From Porticoccaceae bacterium (lineage in GTDB: Bacteria; Pseudomonadota; Gammaproteobacteria; Pseudomonadales; Porticoccaceae): a stretch of DNA of 64,000 nt. A program made the position numbers and the translations under genes. Positions 54,719 through 64,000 of this stretch are shown here, in pieces. Position 1 is the first letter of the stretch, and each line of letters starts with the position of its first letter. The DNA is taken from the NCBI GenBank assembly GCA_029212965.1, contig JARGOV010000002.1:1638-65637 (forward strand), given 5' to 3'. The notes under the pieces are model-generated. The model saw only the letters and a list, made by a program, of their open reading frames with translations, was not told where the DNA came from and did not search any database.

Positions 54719-56533
54719 ATGTCTGATGTCGAAAAACTTCGCAATATTGCGATCATAGCCCATGTTGACCACGGTAAAACCACCCTGGTTGATAAACTTC
54801 TACAGCAGTCCGGCACTCTCGATCGCAAAGATCAGGACTCTGAGCGCATTATGGACTCCAACGATCAGGAAAAAGAGCGGGGTATTACCATTCTGGCCAA
54901 GAATACGGCCGTCGAGTGGAATGACTATCACATCAATATCGTAGACACTCCCGGTCACGCCGACTTTGGTGGCGAGGTGGAACGTGTGCTGTCGATGGTC
55001 GATTCGGTGCTTTTGTTGGTAGATGCGGTCGACGGCCCTATGCCGCAGACGCGCTTTGTAACTGCCAAGGCTTTTGAACAGGGCTTGCATCCAATCGTGG
55101 TGATCAACAAAGTTGACCGCCCCGGTGCGCGTCCAGACTGGGTAATGGATCAAGTCTTTGAGTTGTTTGACCGTCTCGGTGCGACTGATGAGCAGCTCGA
55201 TTTTCCCGTTATTTATGCCTCGGCCCTCAACGGTGTGGCGGGCCTTGAGCACGATAGTCTGGCAGAGGATATGCAGCCGCTATTTGAAATGATCGTCGAC
55301 AAAGTTCCTGTGCCAGATGTCGATCGCGATGGCCCTTTCCAGATGCAGGTGTCCGCCCTTGATTACGACAGCTATATCGGCGTTATTGGCATTGGTCGTA
55401 TTTCTCGCGGCTCTCTGCGTCCCGGTCAGCAAGTGACGATCATCGATAATAAAGGTGTTGAACGCAAAGGTAAGGTTCTCAATGTTAAAGGCTATCTGGG
55501 CCTTGATCGCGTAGATACCGATCTCGCCGAGGCGGGTGATATTGTCACTATCAATGGCATCGAGGGCTTGGGCATTTCCGATACCCTGTGCGATCCCGAG
55601 TGTGTGGAAGCTCGCCCAGCGCTGTCTGTTGATGAGCCGACAGTGAGCATGGTGTTTTTGGTTAACAACTCCCCCTTTGCTGGTCTCGATGGCAAATATG
55701 TGACCTCGCGCAATATTAAAGATCGCTTACAGCAAGAGTTGATTCACAATGTCGCTTTACGGGTTGAAGATGGCGGCAGCCCCGACAAATTTCGCGTCTC
55801 CGGTCGTGGTGAATTACACCTGTCTGTTTTGATTGAAACCATGCGCCGTGAAGGTTACGAGTTGGGTGTTTCGCGTCCTGAAGTGATTCAGCGCGAAGTC
55901 GACGGTGTGGTCCAGGAGCCTTTCGAGCAGGTTGTCATAGATATTGAAGAGCAACACCAGGGTTCGGTGATGGAAGAGTTGGGCCTGCGCAAGGGCGAGC
56001 TGACCAATATGGAGCCCGATGGAAAAGGCCGAGTTAAACTCGAGTTTTTGATTCCATCCAGAGGCTTGATTGGTTTCCGTGGCAGCTTCCTGACCATGAC
56101 CTCTGGCTCGGGCATTATGACCAGTGTTTTTGATCACTACGGTGAGGTGAAGCAGGGTGAGGTGCAGTCCCGCCAAAATGGTGTGTTGGTGTCGATGGTG
56201 AAAGGTAAAACCCTCGGCTATTCACTGTTTAACCTGCAGGAGCGTGGCCGCTTATTTCTTAGCCATGCCGAAGATGTTTATGAAGGCCAGGTCATCGGCA
56301 TTCACTCGCGGAGTAATGATCTTGCCGTGAATCCGACCAAAGGTAAGCAGCTGACCAATGTGCGGGCCTCAGGTACTGACGAAGCGCTGACGCTGGTGCC
56401 GCCGATTATTTTCACCCTTGAGCAGGCCCTGGAGTTTATTGAAGATGATGAATTGGTTGAGGTTACCCCTCAACATATTCGTATTCGCAAAAAGCTACTG
56501 ACCGAAAACGAGCGTAAAAGAGCGGGTCGATAG
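54719..56533 (+). CDS. typA: Translational GTPase TypA/BipA
   Basis: G-domain motifs [14 protein letters not shown] and NKVD. 604 aa. Confidence 0.95.
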   Translation: MSDVEKLRNIAIIAHVDHGKTTLVDKLLQQSGTLDRKDQDSERIMDSNDQEKERGITILAKNTAVEWNDYHINIVDTPGHADFGGEVERVLSMVDSVLLLVDAVDGPMPQTRFVTAKAFEQGLHPIVVINKVDRPGARPDWVMDQVFELFDRLGATDEQLDFPVIYASALNGVAGLEHDSLAEDMQPLFEMIVDKVPVPDVDRDGPFQMQVSALDYDSYIGVIGIGRISRGSLRPGQQVTIIDNKGVERKGKVLNVKGYLGLDRVDTDLAEAGDIVTINGIEGLGISDTLCDPECVEARPALSVDEPTVSMVFLVNNSPFAGLDGKYVTSRNIKDRLQQELIHNVALRVEDGGSPDKFRVSGRGELHLSVLIETMRREGYELGVSRPEVIQREVDGVVQEPFEQVVIDIEEQHQGSVMEELGLRKGELTNMEPDGKGRVKLEFLIPSRGLIGFRGSFLTMTSGSGIMTSVFDHYGEVKQGEVQSRQNGVLVSMVKGKTLGYSLFNLQERGRLFLSHAEDVYEGQVIGIHSRSNDLAVNPTKGKQLTNVRASGTDEALTLVPPIIFTLEQALEFIEDDELVEVTPQHIRIRKKLLTENERKRAGR

Positions 56534-56581
56534 TCACAGCGTCAGAGTTGTCCGTTAGTTGCCCGTAGAAAAACGGGCGCT

Positions 56582-56619
56582 AAACCCCCAATAGCGTGAT
56601 GTTATTGGGGGTTTTTTTA
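56582..56619 (+). terminator. Rho-independent terminator after typA
   Basis: Stem AAACCCCCAATA / TATTGGGGGTTT followed by a T run. It abuts the convergent tag 3' end. Confidence 0.8.
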
Positions 56620-56635
56620 TTGGTGAAGAGTTCTT

Positions 56636-57256
56636 TTATCGAAGGGGGCAAGGTTTTAGTGCTGAGCACTCGCTGTGGCGAAAGCAGTCTGTCGTGTGAT
56701 CGTTAACCATCCCCATGGCCTGCATATGGGCGTAGCAAATAGTCGAGCCGAAAAAGCGAAAGCCCTTTTTTTTCATATCTTTACTAATGGCGTCAGACAC
56801 TGGCGTGGTGGCTGGGCATTCGTTTACGCTTGCCCAGTGATTTTCAATCGGCTGGCCATCGAGAAAGTCCCACAAATATTGGCTAAAGCTGGTATGACTT
56901 TGTTGAAGATCGAGAAACAATTTGGCGTTGGATATCGCCGCTTCTATCTTCAGACGATTACGCACGATACCGGCATCATTCATCAGGCGTTCTATGCTCC
57001 GGCGATTAAAACGTGCAATTTTTTCCGCGTCAAAATTGGCGAAGGCGCGGCGGTAATTTTCTCGTTTACGCAAAATGGTAATCCAAGACAGACCGGCCTG
57101 CGCCCCCTCTAAAATCAAAAATTCAAAGAGCTTGTGGTCGTCGAAGCAGGGGACACCCCATTCCTCATCATGGTACTGTTCGTAGAGAGCGTCGCCGCTG
57201 GCCCATTCACAGCGCTGGCGTACTTTTGTGGGTGGCGAAGCTTGTGTTGCGGGCAT
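56636..57256 (-). CDS. tag: DNA-3-methyladenine glycosylase I
   Basis: RCEWASGDALYEQYHDEEWGVP and the GLSWITIL block. The start at 57256 (MPATQ) is preferred over the longer version in the ORF track. Confidence 0.85.
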   Translation of the reverse strand: MPATQASPPTKVRQRCEWASGDALYEQYHDEEWGVPCFDDHKLFEFLILEGAQAGLSWITILRKRENYRRAFANFDAEKIARFNRRSIERLMNDAGIVRNRLKIEAAISNAKLFLDLQQSHTSFSQYLWDFLDGQPIENHWASVNECPATTPVSDAISKDMKKKGFRFFGSTICYAHMQAMGMVNDHTTDCFRHSECSALKPCPLR

Positions 57257-57381
57257 TGTGAGTCCCCTTTTAGAGTAAAAATGAATACTGCCATATTGGC
57301 CTCTGTTTGTTTCAGGGGCATTTTGGCACTTTATCAAAATGTTATTACGCCATGCGTTTAGCTTACACGGGAGTGAGTGAC

Positions 57382-58347
57382 ATGCGTTCTTTGTATCCCC
57401 CCATTAAACCTTTCAGAACCGAGCAGCTCGATGTGGGTGACGGCCATCGGCTTTATGTCGAAGAGTGCGGTAATCCACAGGGCCAGCCCGTGATTTTTGT
57501 ACACGGTGGACCTGGGGCGGGTTGCTCGGTGCAAGATCGTTGTTTTTTTGACCCCGAGGTGTACCGCATCGTTCTTTTCGATCAGCGGGGCAGTGGTCGC
57601 TCTACACCCCATGCCAGCCTAGAAAAAAACACCACTCAGGCGTTGGTGACGGATATGGAATTTATTCGTCAATTTTTGGGAATTAAACAGTGGGTGTTAT
57701 TCGGTGGCTCCTGGGGTTCAACGTTGAGTTTGATTTACGCCCAGGCTCACCCTGATAAAGTACAGGGCATGGTCTTACGGGGGATCTTTCTCTGTCGCGA
57801 TGAGGATATTCAGTGGTTTTATCAGCGGGGTGCGAGTTCTATTTTCCCTGATTACTGGCAAGATTTTATTGCACCCATCCCGAGTAGTGAGCGCAGCGAT
57901 ATGGTCGCTGCTTATTACCGCCGCTTAACGGGGCCCAACGAGTTAGAACGTATTCGCGCAGCCAAGGCTTGGTCGATTTGGGAGGCACGCTGCGCAACCC
58001 TCGACCCCAACAAGCATGTCGTTGAGCGCTTGGGTAGCTCCCATGTCGCACTGGCGATGGCGCGGATCGAAGCTCATTACTTTATCAATCAATGCTATAT
58101 GGCGGAGCAGCCGATTTTGGAAAACATGGCCAGACTCATCGATATTCCCGCTGTTGCAGTGCATGGGCGTTACGATATGGTTTGCCCGGTTAAACAGGCT
58201 TTCGACTTACAGGCTGCGTGGCCGGAGCTAGCGCTGGAAATTATTCGCGATGCGGGTCATGCCTCTAGCGAGCCAGGCACTATTGATGCCCTGGTTAAGG
58301 CAACGGATGAAATGGCAAGAATGCTGAGCAGTCGCCATGCAAAATAA
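57382..58347 (+). CDS. pip: Prolyl aminopeptidase (proline iminopeptidase)
   Basis: Starts MRSLYPPIKPF. HGGPG and GGSWGSTL motifs. Confidence 0.9.
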   Translation: MRSLYPPIKPFRTEQLDVGDGHRLYVEECGNPQGQPVIFVHGGPGAGCSVQDRCFFDPEVYRIVLFDQRGSGRSTPHASLEKNTTQALVTDMEFIRQFLGIKQWVLFGGSWGSTLSLIYAQAHPDKVQGMVLRGIFLCRDEDIQWFYQRGASSIFPDYWQDFIAPIPSSERSDMVAAYYRRLTGPNELERIRAAKAWSIWEARCATLDPNKHVVERLGSSHVALAMARIEAHYFINQCYMAEQPILENMARLIDIPAVAVHGRYDMVCPVKQAFDLQAAWPELALEIIRDAGHASSEPGTIDALVKATDEMARMLSSRHAK

Positions 58348-58362
58348 GTGCAGCGGTGTAAA

Positions 58363-58800
58363 ATGCGCGGTTTAATTCAACGGGTAAGCTCCGCAGCGGT
58401 GACTATTGATGGTCAGTGTCATGCCAGCATTGGGCAGGGCATTCTATTGTTACTGGGTATTGAAGCAGTTGACGGCTTTGAGCAAAGCGAAAAATTAATT
58501 AACAAAGTCCTCAACTACCGAATTTTTGCTGACGGGCAAGGGCGTATGAATCGCAGCCTTAAAGATATCAACGGTGAGCTGTTAATCGTGTCGCAATTTA
58601 CCCTGGTGGCCGATACCAAGAAGGGGTTGCGACCGGGCTTTTCAAAGGCCGCAGTGCCCGAAGCAGCTGAAAAATGTTACACGCATTTTGTCAGCCATTT
58701 AAAAACCCAGTACTCAGCAGTTGCCACCGGCGTTTTTGGCGCTGATATGCAGATTTCACTCTGCAACGATGGGCCAGTCACGTTTCTGCTAGAAACGTAA
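58363..58800 (+). CDS. dtd: D-aminoacyl-tRNA deacylase
   Basis: Starts MRGLIQRV. SQFTL and the NDGPVT motif near the C-terminus. Confidence 0.9.
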   Translation: MRGLIQRVSSAAVTIDGQCHASIGQGILLLLGIEAVDGFEQSEKLINKVLNYRIFADGQGRMNRSLKDINGELLIVSQFTLVADTKKGLRPGFSKAAVPEAAEKCYTHFVSHLKTQYSAVATGVFGADMQISLCNDGPVTFLLET

Positions 58801-58875
58801 TGAATCTTTGTGTAACCCCGTTAGTCTTTAGCTGTTCCGAGCTAGGAGCGCGTTACTCCTTATGAGCGCGGACCG

Positions 58876-60138
58876 TTATACCTTAAAAGTGTCCTTTAGC
58901 TTTTTTTCGACCAGTAGATTTTTAGTCCGGGCATACACCGGTACGCCATTTTTATAGGGCGGATAGTCTTCACCCTGAATCAGCGGAGCCAGATAATCGC
59001 GTGCCGTCTCAGTAATGGCAAAGCCATCGCGACTGATAAAAGAGCGCGGCATCATTTTTTCTACATTCGCAATTTTGTCCAGCGGCGCTTCCCCCAAGCG
59101 CCAGCTGTAGCGCTTGCCCTTGCCGCGTTCGATGCTGACCATAACCGCATTTTTGCCAGCTAAAGCAAGCTCAACAGCGGTTTTGCCGACGGCATAGGCT
59201 TGCTCGACGTCGGTGGAGGAGGCGATATGTCGAGCTGAGCGTTGGAGATAATCAGCCAGTGCCCAGTGATATTTTAGGCCCAGTTCGCTTTTAATCATTC
59301 CTGCTAACGTGGGCGCTACGCCGCCAAGTTGTTTGTGGCCAAAGGCATCGGTGTTGCCGGAGTCAGCAATTAAGGTGCCGTTTTTATATTGGGCGCCCTC
59401 AGAGGCAACTATCACGCAATAGCCATTTTTCTTGACGGTTTGGGCTACTTTCTTGAGAAATTTTTCCCGATTAAAGGCGATTTCTGGAAATAAAATAATA
59501 TGGGGTGGGTCGCCGGCCTGGTCAGCGGCAAGGCCGCCGGCAGCGGCGATCCAGCCGGCGTGTCGGCCCATCACCTCGAGAATGAAAACTTTGGTCGAGC
59601 TCGCGCACATCGAGGCGATATCGAGACTGGCTTCTTTGGTTGAAACGGCGACATACTTGGCAACGGAGCCAAAGCCAGGGCAGTTGTCGGTCAGCGGTAA
59701 GTCATTATCGACGGTTTTAGGGATATGGATGGCCTGAATGGGATAGCCCATTTTTTCCGACAGTTGGGATACTTTTAGACAGGTATCGGCGGAGTCACCA
59801 CCGCCATTATAAAAAAAGTAGCCGATGTTATGGGCCTTAAAGACTTCGATTAAACGTTCGTATTCGGCCGGGTTGTCATCGAAACTTTTAAGTTTATGAC
59901 GACAGGAGCCAAAGGCGCCGGAGGGAGTATGTTTGAGAGCCGCTATAGTGCGTGGCGTCTCTTTGCTGGTGTCGATTAGTTCTTCACGCAGGGCACCGAT
60001 AATACCGTTCTTGCCGGCATAGATTTTGCCAATTTTATTGCGGTTGGCCCGAGCCGCTTCGATAACACCGCAGGCGCTGGCATTTATGACGGCCGTTACA
60101 CCACCGGATTGTGCGTAAAAAGCATTTTTCTTGGCCAT
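58876..60138 (-). CDS. 6-phosphofructokinase family protein (long ~420-aa form; ATP or PPi donor not resolved)
   Basis: PFK blocks SGGVTAVINAS, NGGGDS, PKTVDNDL and MGRHAGW. The size matches the PPi-type/group-B forms I recall. Confidence 0.8.
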   Translation of the reverse strand: MAKKNAFYAQSGGVTAVINASACGVIEAARANRNKIGKIYAGKNGIIGALREELIDTSKETPRTIAALKHTPSGAFGSCRHKLKSFDDNPAEYERLIEVFKAHNIGYFFYNGGGDSADTCLKVSQLSEKMGYPIQAIHIPKTVDNDLPLTDNCPGFGSVAKYVAVSTKEASLDIASMCASSTKVFILEVMGRHAGWIAAAGGLAADQAGDPPHIILFPEIAFNREKFLKKVAQTVKKNGYCVIVASEGAQYKNGTLIADSGNTDAFGHKQLGGVAPTLAGMIKSELGLKYHWALADYLQRSARHIASSTDVEQAYAVGKTAVELALAGKNAVMVSIERGKGKRYSWRLGEAPLDKIANVEKMMPRSFISRDGFAITETARDYLAPLIQGEDYPPYKNGVPVYARTKNLLVEKKLKDTFKV

Positions 60139-60263
60139 AAAATCTCTGCAAAAGCGACGTCATAAAAAATGTGCGCATCATACGGTATTAGTCCTCTAAA
60201 TGCATGGCAGTTAGGTAGCGGTGGTGTGATAATCATCACTACTTAGCAGAGAATGATTAATTG

Positions 60264-61691
60264 ATGCATATTCATATCTTAGGTATCTGCGGCACCTTCA
60301 TGGGTAGCTTGGCACAGTTGGCAAAAGCTGACGGGCACCGAGTGTCGGGTTGCGATGACAATGTCTATCCGCCGATGAGCGAGCAGCTTGAGTATGCGGG
60401 CATTGAACTAACTCAGGGCTATGACCCTGCCCAGTTACAACCGGCCCCCGATTTGGTGGTGGTGGGCAATGCTCTGTCGCGAGATAATCCCTGTGTTGAA
60501 TATATGTTGCGCGAGCAATTGCCCTACACCTCCGGGCCCCAGTGGTTGGGGGATCATTTTTTGCAGGGTAAGTGGGTATTGGCGGTTGCCGGTACTCACG
60601 GAAAAACGACCACTTCGAGCATGCTCGCCTGGATACTCGATTATGCGGGATTGGAACCGGGGTTTTTAATCGGCGGTGTGCCGAATAATTTTGACGTCTC
60701 AGCGCGACTGGGTGGCGCGAAATATTTTGTTGTAGAAGCTGATGAGTACGACACAGCCTTTTTCGATAAACGCTCAAAGTTTGTGCATTACCGCCCTCGT
60801 ACGGCGGTGTTGAATAATCTTGAGTTCGACCACGCAGATATCTTTGAAAACCTCCATGATATTCAGTTGCAATTCCACCATTTAGTGAGAACCATTGCCG
60901 ATGATGGTTTGGTGATTCATCCGCAAAGCGATCAAAACATCAGTGATACCCTGTCGGGAAAATTCGACCGACGTTATCGTGCCGATAAAAAGTATGTTTG
61001 GAGCCCGGTACAAACAACCGGTGAAGGTGGGCAGTGGCAAGTTGAACTTGACGCCGCAGACGGTAGTGCTTTCACTGTGGCCAATACTCAGAAAGATCAG
61101 CGCGGTGAGTGTGAAGGTGGCTTTGAAGTGCGTTGGCAGCAGAGCGGTCTACACAATGTCGCTAATGCATTGGCGGCCATTGCCGCCGCAAACCATGTGG
61201 GTGTCAGCTTGTCTCTGGCGTGCCAGGCGCTCAGTGCTTTTGAGGGTGTTAAACGGCGTATGGAGTGTCTCGGTCAGGTTGATGGCATCAGTATTTACGA
61301 TGATTTTGCGCATCACCCCACCGCCATTGCGACAACGCTTGACGGCCTGCGCAATAAAGTTGGCAAAGAAAAAATAATTGCGGTTGTTGAGCCGCGTTCT
61401 AACACGATGAAATTGGGAGTGCACAAAACAGAGCTAATCAAAGCTGTAGCCCAAGCAGATCAAGTGTTCTGGTTTCAAAATGCGGGTATGGCCTGGTCTC
61501 TCGACAAAAGTGTGGAAGGAGATACAAGCAATACAGTCGTCGACGATTTGCAAGATTTGGTTGAGCAAACGGCCTGTGCCGCAACAGCACAAAAGGATGA
61601 GGCTTGTCATATACTGATTATGAGTAATGGCGGTTTTGGAGGTTTTCATCATCGCTTGTTTGAGTATCTACAAGCGACTAAAGACCGTTAA
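60264..61691 (+). CDS. mpl: UDP-N-acetylmuramate:L-alanyl-gamma-D-glutamyl-meso-diaminopimelate ligase
   Basis: Starts MHIHILGICGTFMG. Mur ligase P-loop GTHGKTT. Confidence 0.9.
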   Translation: MHIHILGICGTFMGSLAQLAKADGHRVSGCDDNVYPPMSEQLEYAGIELTQGYDPAQLQPAPDLVVVGNALSRDNPCVEYMLREQLPYTSGPQWLGDHFLQGKWVLAVAGTHGKTTTSSMLAWILDYAGLEPGFLIGGVPNNFDVSARLGGAKYFVVEADEYDTAFFDKRSKFVHYRPRTAVLNNLEFDHADIFENLHDIQLQFHHLVRTIADDGLVIHPQSDQNISDTLSGKFDRRYRADKKYVWSPVQTTGEGGQWQVELDAADGSAFTVANTQKDQRGECEGGFEVRWQQSGLHNVANALAAIAAANHVGVSLSLACQALSAFEGVKRRMECLGQVDGISIYDDFAHHPTAIATTLDGLRNKVGKEKIIAVVEPRSNTMKLGVHKTELIKAVAQADQVFWFQNAGMAWSLDKSVEGDTSNTVVDDLQDLVEQTACAATAQKDEACHILIMSNGGFGGFHHRLFEYLQATKDR

Positions 61692-61716
61692 ATAGCGGTC
61701 CTATGGTTACCATGCA

Positions 61717-62334
61717 ATGGCGAATAAACGGGAGTTACAGTTTTTATTAGTTCTGTTAGCTGGAGTAACAGTTTGGTCTTGGGTTGAGCCCTTTGATCGT
61801 ATAACTTGGTGGCTTGAGTCTTTACCAGTATTTATCGGTTTGCCTGTTCTTTGGCTAAGCCGAAAACCGTTTCCACTGACACGTTTAGTCTATTATTTCC
61901 TCTTTGCCCACGCTGTATTATTACTGGTTGGTGCACACTACACCTATGCAAGGGTGCCGTTGGGTTTTTGGATGCAAGAGTGGTTTGATTTTTATCGCAA
62001 TAATTATGATCGCCTCGGGCACATTGCTCAGGGCTTTGTGCCGGCCTTAGTGGCTCGCGAATTATTTATTCGCCGTGAAATTGTTAAACTTGGGCGCTGG
62101 CTATTTTTCTTAGTGCTGTGTTTCTGTCTGGCTTTTAGCGCATTTTATGAGCTGATTGAATGGTGGGTGGCCGTGTTGGCCGGCGATGGGTCCATTGAGT
62201 TTTTAGGTGTACAGGGCGACATTTGGGATGCACAGTGGGATATGTTACTGGCTTTATTGGGGGCCATAGCCGCGCAATTGTTATTGGCGCGCTGGCAGGA
62301 TGGGCAAATAAAACGCCTAGCCACTAATGGCTAA
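61717..62334 (+). CDS. DUF2238/YjdF-like inner membrane protein
   Basis: 205-aa multi-TM ORF (YDRLGHIAQGFVPA, FYELIEWW). Confidence 0.6.
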   Translation: MANKRELQFLLVLLAGVTVWSWVEPFDRITWWLESLPVFIGLPVLWLSRKPFPLTRLVYYFLFAHAVLLLVGAHYTYARVPLGFWMQEWFDFYRNNYDRLGHIAQGFVPALVARELFIRREIVKLGRWLFFLVLCFCLAFSAFYELIEWWVAVLAGDGSIEFLGVQGDIWDAQWDMLLALLGAIAAQLLLARWQDGQIKRLATNG

Positions 62335-63193
62335 TATATTACTCGTGGGTTGCGGCACTCTGGGTCGCCAATTGGCGGCTCGCTTAATTGCTGCTGAACA
62401 CACAGTCTTTGCGATAAAACGTAGCCCTTTAAAATCACCTGTTACGGGTTTGCAGGTCGTGCTGGCTGATATCACCGTCGCGGAGGACGTAAAAAGGTTA
62501 CCGGCCGATGTAGACATAGTCGTTTTTATACTCTCTCCATCTGAACGCAATGAAGCGGCCTATCAAAAAGTGTATGGGCGGGGTCTTCGTCACGTGCTTA
62601 GTCATTTTAGGTCTGCTGCATTATCGACGTCGGGTGTTATGCCACGTTGTTTGTTAGTTTCGTCGACCAGCGTATATGGGCAAGAAAATGGTCAGTGGGT
62701 GGATGAAGATAGTCCCGCTCAAGCTAGCAGCTTTAACGGTAAAGCTTTATTACAGGCAGAGCAGCAATTGTGGGCACATTGCGCTAACAATATTGTTGTG
62801 CGCTTTAGTGGGATTTATGGTCCAGGTCGAGTAAGTCTTCTGCGCCGGGTGCGAGAGGGTAAACCTATACAGTATTCCCCTCCCTACTATAGCAATCGTA
62901 TTCACGAAGAAGACTGTCTCGGTGTGTTATGTTTTTTAATTGGTAGGATGCTATCCGATAAGCCTTTAAAAAACCTTTATTTGGCGAGTGATAGTGCGCC
63001 TGTGCCGCTGGCAGATGTGGCATTGAGCTTGAGCGAGCTTATGTCTTGCCCGCGACCACCAGCCAAACCTGAGGATTTGACGCTAGCGAAAATGAATAAG
63101 CGTTGTCGCAATGACCGGTTGCTACGGCTTGGTTATGTTTTGCGTTACAGTTCTTATCAAAAGGGTTACGGTAAATTACTTGAATCGACATAG
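62327..63193 (+). CDS. NAD(P)-binding Rossmann-fold protein (atypical SDR/epimerase-like)
   Basis: N-terminal ILLVGCGTLG. Overlaps the previous ORF by 8 nt (ATGGCTAA). Confidence 0.65.
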   Translation: MANILLVGCGTLGRQLAARLIAAEHTVFAIKRSPLKSPVTGLQVVLADITVAEDVKRLPADVDIVVFILSPSERNEAAYQKVYGRGLRHVLSHFRSAALSTSGVMPRCLLVSSTSVYGQENGQWVDEDSPAQASSFNGKALLQAEQQLWAHCANNIVVRFSGIYGPGRVSLLRRVREGKPIQYSPPYYSNRIHEEDCLGVLCFLIGRMLSDKPLKNLYLASDSAPVPLADVALSLSELMSCPRPPAKPEDLTLAKMNKRCRNDRLLRLGYVLRYSSYQKGYGKLLEST

Positions 63194-64000
63194 GGTGAAG
63201 ACTTGAGGACACTGTTTTTTTCTACCCACTCACAACAAGCATCGATAGAAGCAGGTTTTGAAATAAAATACCCCTGACCTAGGTTGCAACCGAGTTGTTC
63301 TAATTTGTTCCAAATCTCTTGGCTTTCTATGCCTTCAGCGACGGAGGTTAATTTCAGCTCTTTGGCTAATAAAATACAGATTTTTACAATAGACAGGGCT
63401 TCGTCATCGTCGAGCATTCGCATGACAAAACTCTGATCGATTTTTAATTCCGTAAAGGGTGCTTGATAGAGTTGTACCAGTGATGAATAACCGGTGCCAA
63501 AGTCGTCGATTGACAGAGAAAAACCTTTCATGCGTAGTCGGTTTAAAATATCGAGAGAGTCAGAGACCGATTTTAATATGGCCGTTTCTGTAAGCTCTAT
63601 AGTAATCGCTTCCGGCGGTATATTTTTTGCCTTGGCTAATTCGTAAAAGCGTTCCGGCATGGATAGGTCGAGTAAATCCTGAGCAGAAATATTGATTGCA
63701 ATTCCAGGGTTTATTCCAGCACTACGAAAGCGCGAGTAATCTTTGGTGGCGAGTCTAAATACCTCGGAGGTCAGCTCAGAAATCAAATTGTTTTGTTCGG
63801 CCATGGCAATAAACTGATCGGGAAAAATAAGACCAAGCTCTGGGTGTTGGAGCCTAACTAGGGCCTCAAACCCGGTGACTTTATTGGTTGTTATGTTGAG
63901 TTTGGGTTGGTAGAAAAGCACGAGTTGGTTTTCATGAATGGCAACTTTCAATTGTTCGAGAGAAAGTTTTCGCGGGGCGCTTGCCGCTTTTTTGTGTGGT
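63166..64000 (-). CDS. EAL-domain protein (c-di-GMP phosphodiesterase-like), 5'-truncated by the window edge
   Basis: EAL-domain motifs FEALVRL, DDFGTGYSS and EGIE. The frame stays open upstream of the annotated TTG to position 64000. The 3' end overlaps the convergent gene by 28 nt. Confidence 0.8.
   Translation of the reverse strand, partial: PHKKAASAPRKLSLEQLKVAIHENQLVLFYQPKLNITTNKVTGFEALVRLQHPELGLIFPDQFIAMAEQNNLISELTSEVFRLATKDYSRFRSAGINPGIAINISAQDLLDLSMPERFYELAKAKNIPPEAITIELTETAILKSVSDSLDILNRLRMKGFSLSIDDFGTGYSSLVQLYQAPFTELKIDQSFVMRMLDDDEALSIVKICILLAKELKLTSVAEGIESQEIWNKLEQLGCNLGQGYFISKPASIDACCEWVEKNSVLKSSPYVDSSNLP

Noticed and set aside
60222-60240. Fur-box-like sequence GTGATAATCATCAC between pfk and mpl
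   Set aside because: Only the 10-nt core TGATAATCAT matches, giving about 11-12 of 19 positions against the Fur consensus. The flanking genes are not iron-related.
1-64000. Search for tRNA/rRNA genes, CRISPR arrays, transposases, integrases, and FMN or glycine riboswitches
   Set aside because: I saw no T-arm-like GGTTCGA motifs outside coding regions, no spaced direct-repeat arrays and no recombinase-like ORFs. There is no RFN-like element before any of the rib genes. The rib genes sit in the nrdR-ribD operon type, which usually lacks one.

Overview
This window reads as a chromosomal segment of a moderately GC-rich, probably marine gammaproteobacterium. Several blocks follow the gene order I remember from Pseudomonas: glyA-nrdR-ribD-ribE-ribBA-ribH-nusB-thiL-pgpA, then ctpA-envC-gpmI / rhodanese-grxC-secB / ntrC-ntrB ... 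glnA | thiI-typA.

Most of it is housekeeping:
- a cobO plus B12-type ABC importer operon
- amtB
- a LemA/GIDE pair
- a peroxiredoxin and ettA
- an MmsR-type AraC regulator beside a complete valine/3-hydroxyisobutyrate catabolic operon
- a GAF-GGDEF-EAL protein and a CocE/NonD hydrolase
- riboflavin, thiamine and hisF genes
- nitrogen control genes (ntrBC, glnA with a recognisable sigma-54 promoter)
- tag, pip, dtd, pfk, mpl and a truncated EAL gene at the right edge

I found no rRNA, tRNA, CRISPR array, transposase or integrase.

Three regions stand out:
1. 48.3-52.9 kb. A two-gene module sits exactly between glnA and thiI. It encodes a serine alpha/beta hydrolase and a ~1080-aa fusion: a PhaC-like Cys-Asp-His domain, an adenylate-forming-like domain whose catalytic motifs look degenerate, and a lysine-rich tail. 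This is my best candidate for an undescribed storage-lipid or polyester system.
2. 23.9-28.1 kb. A two-subunit PHA synthase locus (PhaC plus a mini PhaE/PhaR) with a PadR-type regulator, a phasin-like gene whose promoter carries paired palindromes, a lipase-like hydrolase and a GNAT.
3. 11.1-13.2 kb. A low-GC islet carries an orphan HEPN-like (RNxxxH) ORF flanked by inverted hairpin repeats. It lies inside a decayed direct duplication of the SDR/AraC gene junction.

All calls come from reading the supplied translations and the DNA by eye. No searches or computations were run, start codons are often uncertain, and identity and GC statements are rough manual estimates.
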